Part shown: positions 13,145 to 24,200 of the stretch, piece by piece
Numbering within the stretch: the first letter of the stretch is position 1
Layout of the letters: each line of letters begins with the position of its first letter
Assembly (NCBI GenBank): GCA_977030845.1
Contig: OZ365109.1
Location: forward strand, 59,830,001-59,894,000
DNA length: 64,000 nt
Source of the DNA: Fimbriosthenelais zetlandica
Taxonomy: Eukaryota
Direction: 5' to 3'
Translations under genes and position numbers: made by a program
Notes under the pieces: model-generated
Databases searched by the model: none
What the model saw: the letters and a program-made list of their open reading frames with translations, nothing else
What the model was told of the DNA's origin: nothing

Positions 13145-16100
13145 CTGATATAACATTTCTGCAGGTTTTTATTTTACTGAAATGTTTGCTTTGAAGTTGT
13201 TCAAAATCCATTTTCAAATAATTCTCAAGGATTTAAAATGGCTTAAGATATAAATGATATGAATTGTTGTACCATTGCATCTAGGCATCAATTAGTTAAC
13301 AATTACGTATCTCAACAGAGTTTAGACCGACAAGTTAATCATTACGAATTCAGCCTGTTAATGCGAAATGAGCTGAGTATATTTTCCCCTTTTATCAACC
13401 AGATACTTGATGGTGATTTAGAAGCCTAATGATATATTCAAAGACGAGCACATGCAGTTTACTTTGGGTAAAAATAGTCTCTATGGGTATAAGCGGTATC
13501 ATTAAAGGGGAGAGCAGCCTCTTCCATATGAAGATGTAGGCATCAATCATCTTTGATAGAGAAATGATGGCATGATCAATGAGGCTAATATGATATGACG
13601 AGAATACCTTTATGTATATATCCGCAGAGCATAGAAACCTACGGCTAAAATAACAGATACACCGAACCTCACAAATTACTTGACATCCTGATTACCAGGA
13701 AATGAACTCGTGATTATAGAGCTATAGAACCAATGAGCTTTTTACACAGAAGTATTTAAAATTTGAGAGATTTGGCACTCTTCTGAATGGAGAGTTTTTG
13801 TTCTAATTTTGTGATCTTCAGAATGACGTTTACATTGCTTTGTGTTGTTACAACAAAGTCTAGGACAGAGTTTCGTAAGGCTCTAAAAGGCCCTTTTGAA
13901 TTTTGCATTTTAAACCTATGACAGGAAGAGACTCTGGCAGGGGAGCCATAGGAGGTTGGTGTTAATAGGGCTGGGGATGGAAGGCTTGGTTATAGGTGGA
14001 TCAAGTAATGGAATGCATGGGAGATGATTATAAAAGATGTACTGGAGAAGCTGGCTACTGTGATACCTGCAGGTGGTCAGACAGGGGGTCACTCAGTGCA
14101 TTACCAATTCCGATCCCTCACATCCCCCACCCTTATTGTTTTTCCCTAATCAATGAAACGAGGGACAAAAAAAGCTCATTTATTAACTCAACCTCCTCGC
14201 CAGCACTTTAATTTCATTTTGAGCCGGCTCTAGACAGTCATTTACCTTCTGAATCGGAGCAAAGCGGTGGAGAAGGTCTTCCAAAAAACAGCTTCAACAG
14301 ATTGCCAGGAGATGGACGTTTACGGCTGTGCATGCTAAGATATTTCTTATGGAGATCGATGACTGAATGAAGCAGGATGAGCAGTGGAGAGAAATAGCTA
14401 TGTCGGCCTACTTCATACAGATTGATTACTCAAGATGTATGTACTCCAAATGCTTACATATGAACTGCACGAGATCTGCATTAATAAATAAAACATACAC
14501 CCATCCTCTGCCTCACCGAAGTATCGAAAACCCAATTATATTGTTCATTCCGATGAAAAAACTTCAGTCTCCTTCAAAGCGCTGGAGGAGAAATCATACA
14601 TTGCCTCACCCATTAAGCGGCCTGTCTTGGAAAAAAGAAATAATTTTATTTCCTAAATGGATACGTATTTCATAAATGACCGAGGAGTTCCATTCCTTTG
14701 AAATGTGATTTGCAACTGATGGAAGTCCATTACAATAGATTTGTAATATCGCTGTGGCAAAAAGAGATACATAGAAACTGTATTATCGGGGGCGAGTAAG
14801 TGAATTATGAAGTATTATGCACGATTCCTTCGCAGTGGTTGGGAAAAAATGAAAGAAAGTAAAACATACATAGACCGGGATTAAGGATGGATATTGTCCT
14901 GTGTATGTGTCAGGTAATACGATAATCCCGAGACAAACTGCATCTATTCTTATGCCTCTAATGCTTCATAAAACCCTCAGACTCTCAACCTGGCTATATC
15001 TTATTGCCGTCTGTATCAGAACTTGGAAGTCTGCCTAGCCAGGCCAACCATCCCTCATATATAATTAATGTCACTTTTATTATGGCCCAACGCTGGGGCC
15101 GTGTAGTGTTATTGTAGGTAGTTGATGAGTTGCTCCACTTGGGTTGGGAAAGGATCTGACCTGCTCAATGCTAGAAGTATATAGGGCGTGAGCGAGTGGA
15201 TAGACATGACCAGGGAATGATCGGAAACCTAAATTAAGATCTTGATACCCTTCTTACCTCGCCTTTTCTTCCCGTAATGGAATGTCTTGGATACCTTTTG
15301 TGTTAAACCTACATGTATGTAGGAGATAGCTTAGGAAAATCTGCTCAGCTGTTTATTGGTCAGGAAAGACTTGCAGAAGTGAGCATTCTATGCCACCGAA
15401 ACATATTTCTAAATCTCTAATTATTTGGAATAATCAACCTCATTTCTCTCTTCTATAGGATGAGACTGCTACATTATTTCCCATAGAAATCGATTATTAT
15501 AATTTTACTTAGAAAAAGAAACTTTAGAAAAATATATTTATTCAGAAAGTTATGAGTTTATAAATGTTTTGGGCTGATTTAGGCAATTCTCTATTTCATA
15601 CGGAAAAATTCCATTGATTATTTGCCAGAACAAGAAACACTTTATATCGCCTAACCCTGTTATTAGATCTATCATTCAGCTCTGCTTAAATATCTCCCGA
15701 CATGAAATGGCAAACTGGAACATAGCATTATATGCAGAACTTTTCGCATGATGAATGTTGTTAGATTTCTGTCAACGGAAGGCATTAAATCCAAATGATA
15801 TAGGTTATTAAACCTGACCTCTGGTTTTGTATGCAGCCATTCCAACTAAGTGCAGTTACATCATTCCTTGAAACAATTCATCAGGAGATTCGAAATTAAA
15901 ATACACAAAGCCGTTCCTTGCCAACCGCATTATCATCGATCCACTGCAGCAGTGTTCGTTCTCCTTGGCTCGGCATTTCTCCACTTTTCTGACCTTTGTC
16001 CTTGACAAGTTGAGATGGCGATGCTCAGCTTTGCCCTCCAGTGTTAAGATGCGATGACCTCATCAGGAGGTACTGGGCACCTCCTCCTGATGCAATATCG

Positions 16101-19100
16101 GGAGTTTTCACCACCCGCCTCCACACTTACCGTATTGTCCCACTTGAATTCCTGGAGCTCAATGGGGAATGTTTCAATTCAGATAATTATAGTACATAAT
16201 TATATATATACCCCAGCTGAATCGGTATTTGCTATTAAATTCGAAATCAAAAGGATAATGTCATGCCAGCTCTGGGTCCTCAGGCTTGTAACATTAACTG
16301 CTCAAATCATCAGTATCAGCCCGGCCAGCCGTCAGCATACCTCCCCACTCGTTGCCCTCCGATCATGACACAACCACCGGTATTGTGCACACCCCCTGGT
16401 GGCAATCGCAGAGGTTGCAGGCATCGCCTCATGGACGGGTGGTTCAACATGTTACGACTCGGCCTTGGCTGGCACCAGACAGTGTAGCAATATTACGCTC
16501 CAGTGAATATTTAATGGAAATGTATGATCGTCTTGTCACTTCGAATCACAACCAACGTGGCTGAGCACATTCATCAGAAATGGTTAGCTACTATGTACCT
16601 TGATGGCAGCAGATGGTGTTTATAGTAGGAGCTCTTCCGTTGGTCCGGTTTGTCTGGATATATATATGCAAAACCTTCAACTTATTTTTGTCGCCCAATG
16701 CAAATTGCTTTCTGAATTTCAAGATAAAACACTTGAACAAAAAAGTGGTGTTTTTTAGATGCACAATTCCGAGCTTTTATTGAGATGTACCATTGAAGAG
16801 ATATGGATCATGATTCTATGTTCCGTAAAGATATTGCTTTAATTCTAACTTGAAAATTTAAAACAAAAGGCCATTACTCTTCCCTCGAGAACAGCTTCTT
16901 GCCTGAGTGGGTGGAAATTTTCTATAGTTAATAGATATCTTGTCCCAGACCAGAGGCCACACACGCAGGGCCACTGATCCGCCATTACTCAAATAGACTT
17001 AAACGTTGGCAGTGGACTTGGAAGCCAGCCTTCTTGAAGTGAAAATGAAGTTTGGCATTGTAATTAGATTTCAGACTGTAATTGCTCTAGTAGCTGTTTT
17101 CCCAGGAGAGGCGGGTCCCAGCACACCTCGACCCCCAATTACATCTCCATGGTGACGATGATACTGAACCCGGGTAGTTGAGGGTGACTGGAGGGAGAAG
17201 AAGATGAATCACTCAAAATGAAATTTAAATCCTTTTCTATAACCATGTATAATACTTGATGTCATTATTAGAAAAATAGATTCCCGGTCATATTGGTTGC
17301 TCTTTTGAAAGACCAGACGTGGGAGGTTTTAATGAAGAAACCTCTTCCGTTTCATGACAATCCATGCATCGTAATGCAAAGGACGTTTTTGTATAAGATA
17401 AGATGCAATGTTAGGAGGAAGAAGAATAATAGAGGTTTTACCATTCATCCCTCTGCCCCTCCCTTTCCTAGCTAAGACAAAAGAGATGGAAAAGAGGGAA
17501 GCTTATTGTTCGATATGGGAGATAGGGCGAGGAAATGGAATTGATTGGGACAAGAGTGGGTGGGAGTCTAACCCCGAAGTGGATGCTTTTCCCATGGCTG
17601 GGAGGAGGGCAAGGATTACCAGGACTATGATGTCCTATTGACCTAGATTCGAGGATGGACCACCATGATTTCATAAGATTAGATCTGGACTATCTAGCCA
17701 CGTCCTGCAGAGACTGTCCCACTGCTTTTATAGATAAAATATATCCATTCTTTGAATTGGCAGACTTTAAATTACATGGTTGCCACATTGAGAAAATAGA
17801 CATACATATTAAAGAATCTCCACCATACATATTATGTATGTATATCCATATTTCATGTACAGGTCTAATACTACTTACAGTTCAAGGCAATTCTGGCTCA
17901 AAAACCTTTGTGATAATATCTATGGAGCAGGTGTGTGTTGGCTTCAGATAGTGCTTATCATATCTGTAAGGGGTCTCTGTCAGTCTCTATACGAAATCTA
18001 TGGTCAGGAACCGGAGAGGGTGAGCGAAGTGAGGGAGATACAGATATCCACTTTTTTTTTCTGTTTGTCCTGAATGTATATCTGTCAGCAGCACATCTCA
18101 TGCCTCACTTGCAATGTGCCAGATTTTGTAAGCAAGATGGTGGTTTTGCGCCTCTGCTAGAGTTCCACAGCTACTGTACAACCATCAGCCAAGCTGAGCA
18201 GCTCCCCTACTTGCTCCCTCTGGGAAAAGCCAACACCAGTGGAAATTCTCAAGCCTTTCCCTTGGAGACCCCATGATAAATCTCTTGCATTTCGCTCCTT
18301 GCGTGGCACAGTCACTGTCAAGCTGACACTTGCGCACACGCTTGCACCGATTTCTCCACCATCAAACAAAGTCTCCATTACATTCCCATTACAAAGATGG
18401 CCAGCAGGTTTTTACCTAGCGACCCCAGATTTATTTATCAGCTCAGCAACATGGGGGTCTTAAGCATGTCATAAATTTGCTACTTTGCCCCTAAGCTCGT
18501 TCTGATGCAGATGGTATTACCATGTAATGGCAGAAAATGCCTTGAAAAACCAAGATTAAGTTTGGCCGTTTTCTTTAGCGATAAAAACGTGATGGACGTT
18601 AATGACGATTGGTGGACAGGAGGATGATTTAATAAGAGATTATAATCCAATCAATAGTGCGCCTGTCATACAATCCAATTTGGCTGCATTTCCTGGGCCC
18701 GGTTTAAAAACAAAGTGCTTTTAGGTCATCAATTTACAAATTAGTCAAAGTGTTTTTTATTAGGTCAAGTGCCACATAGACTTCCACAGCATTCAATTAA
18801 AAAATCTGTGTTTTAACTAAGATAACTAATTGCTCATTGTTAATAAATCTTTGATAATAAATATTAATTTTATATTGTGTTTACCATGCAATTTATATCG
18901 CATAAATTAGGGGACATGCAGCAAATTGTTCAAGTTATCCATGCTTAATAAAGTCAGGTTAGATAAACTTTTGGCCAGGTTAATTCCTAACAATTCCTAT
19001 GGCCCGTTGTTGCTTCCCAAGCTTGGCCACCTGCACGTCTTTCCCACGCTCGATTTGGTAAACAGGAAACATCTCAGACATGGGTCAGACAGTCTTTGTC

Positions 19101-19819
19101 TGGACCTTTTATATTATGCTGCTGCAATCTGGTGGTAGATTGACCTTCATTTGTTTATTCTATTTGTTGAGTCTTAAAGAGTACCGATTTCTGCTGATCC
19201 ACTACCCAGCAACTTGCAGGAACACAATTGTCTCTAACCCATTTCTGGGCCTATATCCCTCCATCATTTTGACCGTTGAATCGGCCTACGTAATTATTAC
19301 TTCCAGAATGAGAAGTTAACTTCTCGTTCTGGAAGAACTATAGTCTACCAGATCCCAGGTCTCTCCCTTGCAAGAACCTTGAGACCGCCTTTTGGCTAGC
19401 CTTACCGTGAACTCAACCGAGGTCCCTAGCTTTACAGTCGGTAGGTGTTTGATACCTTTCTCGTTACAAAAGAGGCAAAATTCGCAAGACTTTTGACGGT
19501 TGGTCAGCGAGGGGAGGTCCGTCCAGCCAAATCAGCTCCTTTGCATCTTGCATTTTTGAGGTGTTTTCTGTAAGCGAGTCTAAAGTCGCACAGGGCCATT
19601 CGATGCTATTGGCCTGAAAGCACTGTGTACAAGCCACTTATATCTCACCTTTACGACTTTAAACTCATTTAATGAAAACGGGTGACATATTGTTGGATGG
19701 AGGCTAGCAAACTTCATCATTGATCACTACATTAGTTTTAGTGCTTGGGCAAGTACAAGCATGTGCTACAATTAAACACATTTCATTTCCATCACTATGT
19801 AAAATTTCTAACAGGGGAC

Positions 19820-20120
19820 TCACCATCTCCATCCTTTTCCTCCTGCTTCCAATCATTCCTATAATAATCTCCTCTTTGAATTCTCTCATGCCCTTCTCTG
19901 AGTTCTCCCAGTCACCCTCTCTTACTTAGCCACTGTCCCATTCACTATACCACCCTCACCCTCCCTTATACCTTCTCCTATACCATCTCTCCTATCCCCC
20001 ATGTTCTCCACTGTCTCTTATATTCTCCCGAGCACACCATTTCCCTTTCCTCCAGCCATCTCTCCCCTCTGTCCCTAACCCTGTGTCTCATGCCCTCCGA
20101 ACCTCATCATCTCCTTTCTA
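19820..20120 (+). repeat. Pyrimidine-rich (C/T) low-complexity tract
   Basis: Plus strand is dominated by ctc/ccc/tcc runs with very few G. Confidence 0.7.
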
Positions 20121-20121
20121 A

Positions 20122-20310
20122 TTGGGGTTTGTTTCATAAAATATTTTCAATAATTTACTAATTTCTCGCATACTCTTATTTGGGGCAATTTTCATAAAAT
20201 ATTTCAGAATATTATCTGTCACCCTTTTGGGGACATTTTAACTACAACTATCACTTGCACCATCACCATATCTCTTTCTGTGTTTGGGGCATGTTTCATA
20301 AAAATATTTC
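20122..20310 (+). repeat. Short array of TTGGGG-N4-TTTCATAAAATATTT motifs
   Basis: Full copies start near 20122, 20180 and 20284, with a half copy (tttggggacattt) near 20226. Confidence 0.75.
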
Positions 20311-20466
20311 CATACCTACATACCTGCCCCCACCACACACACACTCACCTCAGTAATTTCCAATACCCATCACCCCATTCGTAGCGTTATTAAATATTTC
20401 TACCACTATTTCCCATCTGTCATCTTACACCCTCCAAACAAAATTTAAGTTTAAAATATAAATACA

Positions 20467-20805
20467 TTTTTTTTTGGGTGAGTTAGTCTTAGTCAACCGG
20501 ATCCATTCACCCTGGCATATCAACCCTGGCAAGGCTACACACTTGATAACCAACTGATCACTGTGGCGAATCGCTCCATGGCCGTACACACATATGATCA
20601 GTGCAAGTGTTCCACCTCTACGGATTGAACGCGGGCCCACGCAAATCATGCTATGATCAGAACGTGGGGGACTTCACCAGTCTTTCACTTGAAACTTACA
20701 GACGGGACCACTACCATGGCTGTTGTGGGGGTTCGAACCCACGAGTCTGTTAAAACTTACATCAGACTACCAGCGCCCTTGACCACTGGGCCAACGAGAA
20801 CAGCC
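20467..20805 (-). mobile_element. tRNA(Leu)-derived SINE-like element: head 20805-20718, ~240-nt body, A9 tail at 20475-20467
   Basis: The minus strand reads GGCTGTTCTCGT-TGGCCCAGTGG(A box)-TCAAGGGCGCTGG...GTGGGTTCGAACCCCCAC(B box/T arm)-AACAGCC. The body has no TTTT terminator before the A-run. No TSD was seen and only one copy is present in the window. Confidence 0.6.
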
Positions 20806-21004
20806 GTTAGAGGTAGTAAACCAAATGGTAATATTTCCAGAACCTCCCCAACCGCGGAGGTTGATTATTCTACTGACCAGACACATTCAGCTGATACATT
20901 CGGTAGTTTTTAAAAGTTTTAAATTATGAATTGATATTAAATATATTTTCCTTTTCACCGTCGCTTCTCATGTACCACAATTTGTTGAACACCAACAGAT
21001 CCAA

Positions 21005-21087
21005 GCAGTCAGTGGCCGAATGGTTAAAGAGATGAACTCTCAATACGAGGGGCATGTCAAACTAGCTTCGATTCCTGCCATGTTCCG
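21005..21087 (+). pseudogene. tRNA(Ser)-like pseudogene / Pol III module
   Basis: GCAGTCAGTGGCCGAATGGTTAAAGAGATGAACT...GCTTCGATTCCTGCC parallels canonical eukaryotic tRNA-Ser (GTAGTCGTGGCCGAGTGGTTAAGGCGATGGACT...GGTTCGAATCCTGCC, recalled, not searched). Anticodon and acceptor stems do not pair. T4 (21090-21093) and T7 (21097-21103) runs follow. Confidence 0.6.
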
Positions 21088-21170
21088 CGTTTTCGCTTTT
21101 TTTCCAACTGCTTATTTATTCTAACTCCCTTACTTGTATAACGTTTATATACACCCGTGTTCTTATAGCA

Positions 21171-21244
21171 TATTCGGTGGCCTAAATGGTTAAGGTGCCA
21201 TTTAGAGTAGTACAAGAACATGGGTTCGAATCCCACCAAGGTCA
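21171..21244 (+). pseudogene. tRNA-like (Arg-like) pseudogene / Pol III module
   Basis: A box TGGCCTAAATGG (21178-21189), D stem GCCT/AGGT, B box GGTTCGAATCC (21223-21233) in a TGGG/CCCA T stem, and T5 at 21248-21252. Acceptor and anticodon stems are broken. Confidence 0.6.
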
Positions 21245-24200
21245 TGATTTTTCTCTTTCAAACCAAATCCCCTCTTCGAACTCCCAAGCACGTTTTTTCA
21301 CCTAAAGTGAGCCCCAGACCAACATCTAATTCAGGTAATATATTTCGAGAGAAAAAACCTATGTCCTTACGTTTACTATGTTCATCTAGGTTAAAATCTC
21401 CTATCAACATGATTTTGCTCATTAGTTAATAATTCATCTCCTCCATTAAACTATATATTATTCATAAGACTATAAAGTTATTCTGGAAGTGTTTGATGGG
21501 CCACATCATCGGCCTTGTTTAAATTATAATGCCACCTATTACTAATATTTAGATGTTAGAATATGCACATGAGACAACTTTACGTTTAGCCTATGTACAA
21601 TTTGATTTGTCTCATAATCATACATGTGACTCATTTCGTTAGATTAATGTCAACAGGCCTCAATGGTCATGGTTAAATGGTCCATAAATGGTTTTAGGTC
21701 ACCAATATAGCTATTAGTCAAGGTATTTTGTTTTAATCCAAGTTCGGCATAGACTTGCAGAGCATCAGCTTGAAAAAGAAATGTGATTAATAATTTAAGA
21801 TAATGCCCATTATAATGAAATTTAATAATAATCATTTGAATGTAATTTACCAATCCCTTTTGGTACTGTATTAACCGTTTTCTATCGAGCAGACACAGTA
21901 CATTTACCACACAGTTTCCAACATCCTAGACTTTGTGTGTAATTGACAATTTTCAGCCATCATGCACCTCCAAAGACCATCTTTCTGCCTCGAACTGCCT
22001 ACATCCGTTATACTAACTTGATTCCCGGTAAAATTGCCTCCGCCTCCTGGGACCTGCCTCTGTGCAGTAGCTCGTGTTTTGGTTTCTTCTCTTTAGAAGC
22101 ATTTATTCCATTTATCCCTAGCTGAACTTAATTCCAGGAATATCTTCTCAAGTAACATTGACCAGCTCTGAGATGAAACGGGAATCATATCGATCAATTT
22201 AGGACCTAATTTCCTCCCTTCGAAAAATATGAAATGCTTGAGGGGAATGAGGCTTGGATCTCCAATCTAATTGAGTCGAGTGAATTCTTCTGACATGGAC
22301 ATATTAAGAGTGATGCTGTGTCGGGTGGATTGGATATATACTTACATGCCAGCAACCAAATTAAGGAGTACATTTAATTATGGAATATGTTTGAGTCTTC
22401 TTGTAATGTCACAGGATATTGTGATGCTCTTACTACTGCCTGATGAGGAATTTATATCATCCAAATTCAAGACCCAAATGACTATTTGTTTCTGTTCACT
22501 TGTATAATTTATATACATTATTTTATTTATATTTTAACAGTAATGTAGTGCGAAACTAGGATCTAAATACTGTGATTCCTGAAGCCTTTTTTTAGTTGAA
22601 TTTACATGAATACGCGGTTCAAATTACTCATCAACTACCGCCGAAATGGGCCCCATTTTAACAAGGGCATAGTCAAGTATTGAGTATTGCCAAAATTAGC
22701 CTTTCCCGGCACCACTGTGAACATTCATTACTATTTTCTATACTGTTTATGTGACAACTCGACATATTCTCTCATGGGATCAGGGCTGTTCCAACCTTCA
22801 TTTAAAATAGGTAAATGAAAGGCACGATAAAGTCCTGCCTTATCTGTATACCTTTCATCTTGCCTGCTTTTACTATGCAGGGTGCCTATATATAATGTTC
22901 ACTCTCACTCTGTCCATCCTTTACTTTGCTCTGGGATATGTGCACTTTCTCTTAAATACATTGTATTCCCATGGTATTAGCGAGGCAAGCATTGCATTCT
23001 TTGCCATGCAAGACTTTTCCCAACGACACTATTTTAATAATAACCCACTGTTTTGCCTGATATAGAAGGGAAGGCCCTACATTATATCTTACTCGAGAAA
23101 TCATCCGGGAGTTCTCGACCTTCAGTAAGTGCTTTTAAATATTCATGTCGACAGAGAGTTAGAAAAACAGGTGCTGTATTGGACAGGAAACGGATCCAAG
23201 TGCACGAAGGCTCGCCAGAGATTGAGTAACATTGTGAATCCAAATACAGTGGGAATGTGCTTATACATTGGCTTCCTGCAATATTCATGTTATACAGAGA
23301 AGGGGAGAAAACACTGCCTTGTAGAATCTATAGGATTAAGCAATAGTAAAGACGAAGAGAAGTGTACATGATCCACTGAAGCAACACTGTTCTGCTTCCC
23401 GACCCAGACAGATAACATTTGGTCCCCTCCAATATAAACATTGCATATATGCATGATTCGGGGCTTTGGGTCTTCTTCATTCACTGGCAACCAGATGAAG
23501 GGTCAAACTAGTCCCAATCAGTGTCTGTAGTGATTTGGGAGACCCTGCCACTTATGTAACTATACTGTTGCATAGCTTTAAAGGGAAGTTTGTCTTTTCG
23601 AGATTTCAATTAAACCATATAAAACAAACCTAAAACGCTCATAATGAGTGTCGAAGACAAAACCTATTGTAACAAAAATTACATAAAAAAAAAAATTAAC
23701 TAAAATTGACTGGTCGGTCCGAATTCTGCTGAAGGATGAATACAAAGTGTGCACAAAATGTGACGTCATTTTCTTGCACTTGCGCCAACTTCCGGTTTAC
23801 ACATTTTTTTGGGAAGTTGCCATTGATTCATCAAAAAACACCAAAGAATAATCAAAAGGCCTAAAATGCACATGTCAATGATTGAGAAAAAGAAGAAATC
23901 ACTTAACGTTCTAAGGGCCAGATATTGTTTTACGATTTACACCTATGAGTGTACCACCAGTGGAGAAATGAGGAACTAATAAAAATGGTGAGAGTTTTGC
24001 AGCGAACCTTGTGGCACCATAGTCACCCAGTTTTGTCCTGATAGAATAGTAGAAAACCCAAGCTCTATTCTTAAAGGGGTTCTCGGTGACTTGCATTTCA
24101 AAGATAAAAGCATGCAACTGAAGCCCGCACACAAGTTAAAGCGTGCCCCAAGGTTAACACATGGCACGCTATCCTTTCTGTAGAGTTGCACTGTATTTTG

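Noticed and set aside
20718-20805. Possibility of a functional tRNA or tRNA-Sec
   Set aside because: No 7-nt anticodon loop or TCA anticodon, a 5-nt insertion after the acceptor strand, and an 8-nt T loop.
21650-21910. Minus-strand 86-aa ORF next to the tRNA-like cluster as a possible transposase fragment
   Set aside because: The first half is AT-rich intron-like sequence and no transposase motif is recognisable.
22440-22475. CTGATGA followed by a small stem, hammerhead-ribozyme-like
   Set aside because: The required GAAA after stem II and stems I/III are missing; the same applies to the CTGATGA near 7464.
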